Positions 29,243 through 32,000 of a stretch of DNA of 32,000 nucleotides are shown piece by piece. Source of the DNA: Candidatus Saccharimonadota bacterium (GTDB taxonomy: Bacteria > Pseudomonadota > Alphaproteobacteria > Rickettsiales > Anaplasmataceae); contig NZ_CP046579.1 of assembly GCF_013365475.1 (NCBI RefSeq), positions 750,001-782,000 of the forward strand, given 5' to 3'. Numbering within the stretch: position 1 is the stretch's first letter; every line of letters starts with the position of its first letter. A program made the translations under genes and the position numbers. The notes beneath the pieces are model-generated. The model was not told where the DNA came from. It ran no database searches and saw nothing but the letters and a program-made list of their open reading frames with translations.

Positions 29243-29968
29243 TTACTTTACTGCATCTGATAAGTACACACATGTTAAAGAAGTGAATATGTAAGCTTGC
29301 AAAATCGCAACAAACACTTCAAATCCTATTAGGGCTACTATGAATAAAAATGGTATAGGGGCTAAGGTTAAATGCATATTCATAACAAATCCTGCTATTA
29401 CCTTAATAATTGTATGGCCTGCAATCATGTTTGCAGCAAGCCTAATTGATAAACTTATGGGTCTTGCAAGGTAAGCAAAGATCTTTATAAGAACCATCAT
29501 TGGAGCAAGCCATAACGGAGTACCTTTTGGCAATAATATATGCAAAAACCTTATTCCTCTTTCCTTGAACCCAACAACAGTTGTATAGGTGAAAACTACT
29601 ATTGATAAAGCGAAAGTAACTATTATGTGGCTTGTAACTGTAAAACAGTATGGGAGGATACCAACTAAATTACAAGATAAAGTAAAAACAAATACTGTGA
29701 ATATTAATGGAATATGCTTTAAGCCTTTGCTTCCAGTGTTATTTTCTATTATTGAAATAACAAAATCATATATATATTCAATTACAGCCTGTAAATGTCC
29801 TGGCATTATTGATTTTTGTCTTACTCCGAATAGTAAAAAAAGTATAACTGACACTACTGAAATCATCATAAAGAAAGATGAGTTGGTAAAATTTATGTTA
29901 TATCCAAATAATTTTGGTAACTCTATTATTGTATATATTTTAAATTGTTCTAGCGGATTTAATACCAT
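29243..29968 (-). CDS. atpB: F0 ATP synthase subunit a
   Basis: 241 aa, polytopic. The N-terminus contains NPLEQF, the conserved Arg lies in [14 protein letters not shown], and the C-terminus contains [17 protein letters not shown]. Confidence 0.93.
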   Translation of the reverse strand: MVLNPLEQFKIYTIIELPKLFGYNINFTNSSFFMMISVVSVILFLLFGVRQKSIMPGHLQAVIEYIYDFVISIIENNTGSKGLKHIPLIFTVFVFTLSCNLVGILPYCFTVTSHIIVTFALSIVVFTYTTVVGFKERGIRFLHILLPKGTPLWLAPMMVLIKIFAYLARPISLSIRLAANMIAGHTIIKVIAGFVMNMHLTLAPIPFLFIVALIGFEVFVAILQAYIFTSLTCVYLSDAVK

Positions 29969-30548
29969 TTTTATAAAGATTTAAACTATATCAGAAATTA
30001 TGGTATAGATCCTATGAGGTGTAGTCAACAAAATACTATGTACTATAGAGTGTTTTTACTACTTTATTTCAGGATTAAGATTCTTACATATTATGTATGA
30101 TAGATTGAATGTTTTCTGTATTCTTGGCTATAAATTTACATTTAAATAAAGTTATTACTTTCATAACCAAGTCAAGTTAATTTGATTTATATAGATTTTC
30201 TAGAGAATATTTTGGTATAGGTAAGAAATATTCCCTTACATCTTTTTATTTAAGATTATACAACTTAGATCATGAGTCTAATTAGACTTTGGGGTATATG
30301 GTATTCATTGTTATATATTTCTATGACCATTAAAGAACTTAATTATATTACCAGAATACATCATACTTGTAAGCTACTGCACAAAGACTAACTTTTGTAG
30401 TATTAGAGTTTTTTTTAACTACAGGCTAAAAATAATTATTCTTATTACTTTTTTTGATAAATATAGTTTTATACTTAGATCTAGCTATTTTAGCAGGAAC
30501 TTTCTCATGTTATTTTAACTTGCAGTATTTTGATAGTTTGAGAAATTA

Positions 30549-30578
30549 GTTGACGAAAATCCGTTAATAATTGTATCT
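30549..30578 (+). promoter_or_regulatory. Candidate sigma-70-type promoter for tRNA-Thr
   Basis: TTGACG (30549-30554), then 18 nt, then TATCTA (30573-30578). This would start transcription a few nt upstream of the mature tRNA 5' end at 30589. It rests on pattern match only. Confidence 0.3.
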
Positions 30579-30588
30579 ATATAACAGA

Positions 30589-30661
<73 letters not shown>

Positions 30662-31844
30662 ACGTATTAGGTAAGGCATAAGGTGAACAGAAGAAACTTC
30701 TATTGGTAAATAGAGCTTTTTAATACTATATAGAATAGCAGATAACTGAGAGTTCAATCCCCTTATTAAGTAAGGTAAGAAGCTTTATATTAGCTAAAAA
30801 AGGTATATTCCAAAGCAAAGCTAAAGATAGAATAATCTCAAAAGAACAATGTGGAACTTACGTTATAGCTGATCTGACATTCTTGTTATTTGGTTCTTGA
30901 AATATTTATTATGTTTATGTAGATGGTGTTAAGGTATAGCTAAGTCTGCATAACTTCATTTATGCTTAATCTCACATTATATTTTAAGCTCTATCTATGG
31001 CAGGTAAAGGTCATGCTGGTTTATTAAGATAGTTTTTCAGATGAGTAAAATATGCTCTTACAGCTTTTATAATGTCAATTTTAGATCATGTCATATATAC
31101 TGTTAAAGCCTGGCCTTTTAATAAAATCTGACTAGAAGATTAGCAGTTTATTATATGTCACATGCAGCGTTAATATTCTTGTGCTTGCTAAGTTATGAAC
31201 ATATTTTAAAATATCTACTGTTTAAGTTTAGATTTATATTAGTTTTTCCATATCTTAATCATAAGAAACATTATAAATTTCTCCTCGCTTTTTAGGAAAA
31301 ATTATTCCACTATTTTTATAGGTAGTGAGATTCATTTAACTTTTACTGTAATTCTGACCTACACTAACTGTTGTAGGGTGATTTCGTAAATCAGTACTAA
31401 ACTTCAATGTTACAGAGGTAGAGTTTAATATCTTCTTCACTAAAGATGCACTTTTATAGTCTTTTTTCCATTATCTGCTTCATTAGTACGAATAAGTGAA
31501 ACTCTACAATTCCACTCATAGTTTCACTGTGTCATTTGTAATTAAAAATAGTTAAGTGGATCAGCTTGTTGAAAGACTTAGGTATTGAAATATCGCTTAA
31601 AAATTAAAATTAACTTTCTTTTTATAACTAACTACTAATACAAAGGCTAGTAGATTTCGCAATAAAGAACTACTCTTCAGCTTCAAAGTTTGATTTACCT
31701 AGTGTTTGACTCCTTAGATAACTTATCTATCATTAATAATGCTGCTAAAAATAAAGTGAGAAGAATAGCTAATTAGGATATAACATCTTGTGCAGGAAAA
31801 TAACAACTAATCCTTTAAAAAGGAGTATTGATCGTGATATATGT

Positions 31845-32000
31845 CTAAGTAAATTCCTTTACAACTATATTTACTATCTTGTTTGGTACAGTATATATGT
31901 CCTGAACTTTATTCTGATCAATTTTATTAGATACAAAGCTTATTGCTATTTTCTTTAATTCATCTTTAGACAAGTTGGTTGGTACCTCAATTGTTGCACT
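31845..32000 (-). CDS. leuS: Leucyl-tRNA synthetase, C-terminal end (5' part lies outside the window)
   Basis: The minus-strand frame is open from the window edge: SATIEVPTNLSKDELKKIAISFVSNKIDQNKVQDIYTVPNKIVNIVVKEFT*, with the stop at 31845-31847. This matches the LeuRS C-terminal pattern (E. coli ..GKITVPVDATEEQVRERA.......VRKVIYVPGKLLNLVV). It is too short to appear in the ORF track. Confidence 0.6.
   Translation of the reverse strand, partial: SATIEVPTNLSKDELKKIAISFVSNKIDQNKVQDIYTVPNKIVNIVVKEFT

Noticed and set aside
29589-29984. 131-aa plus-strand ORF overlapping atpB
   Set aside because: It lies entirely antisense to the well-supported ATP synthase a-subunit gene and shows no recognisable domain.
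30275-30288. Perfect 14-bp palindrome AGTCTAATTAGACT upstream of tRNA-Thr
   Set aside because: It is isolated and AT-rich, with no loop, no partner repeat and no adjacent gene start. A palindrome of this length is plausible by chance in 32 kb of AT-rich DNA.
30748-30775. tRNA T-arm-like string GAGAGTTCAATCCCCTT followed by the hairpin CCTTA-TTAAG-TAAGG, about 90 nt downstream of tRNA-Thr
   Set aside because: The putative T stem has a mismatch. No matching acceptor, D or anticodon arms could be found upstream. At best it is a degraded tRNA fragment, which is not supportable as a gene.

Overview
This is a visibly AT-rich, gene-sparse bacterial chromosome segment made up almost entirely of core housekeeping genes. 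A single 2840-aa rpoB-rpoC fusion ORF, scattered ATP-synthase genes and the overall gene order point to a reduced Anaplasmataceae genome resembling Wolbachia. That assignment is inferred from gene content and is not database-verified. The centre of the window (5992-21921, all minus strand) is one tightly packed block: rpsL-rpsG-fusA-tuf-tRNA(Trp)-secE-nusG-rplK-rplA-rplJ-rplL-rpoBC. Flanking it are the mutL 3' end, atpG, pmbA, a cold-shock gene overlapping a DEAD-box helicase gene, map, recO, ddl, a decayed ftsQ, fdxA, the F0 operon atpB-atpE-atpF'-atpF, tRNA(Thr) and the leuS 3' end. I found no CRISPR array, recognisable mobile element, toxin/defence cassette or other evidence of a novel multi-gene system. 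The points most worth a second look are: (1) a NusG with a tandemly duplicated NGN domain; (2) an ftsQ broken by in-frame stop codons with no ftsA behind it, next to an intact ddl; (3) Arg in ribosomal protein S12 at the classical streptomycin-resistance position (E. coli K42); (4) several 0.6-1.7 kb ORF-free spacers that I could not explain by eye. Several ORF-track starts look too long and are shortened here on homology grounds (rplL, rpsL, recO, fdxA, map).
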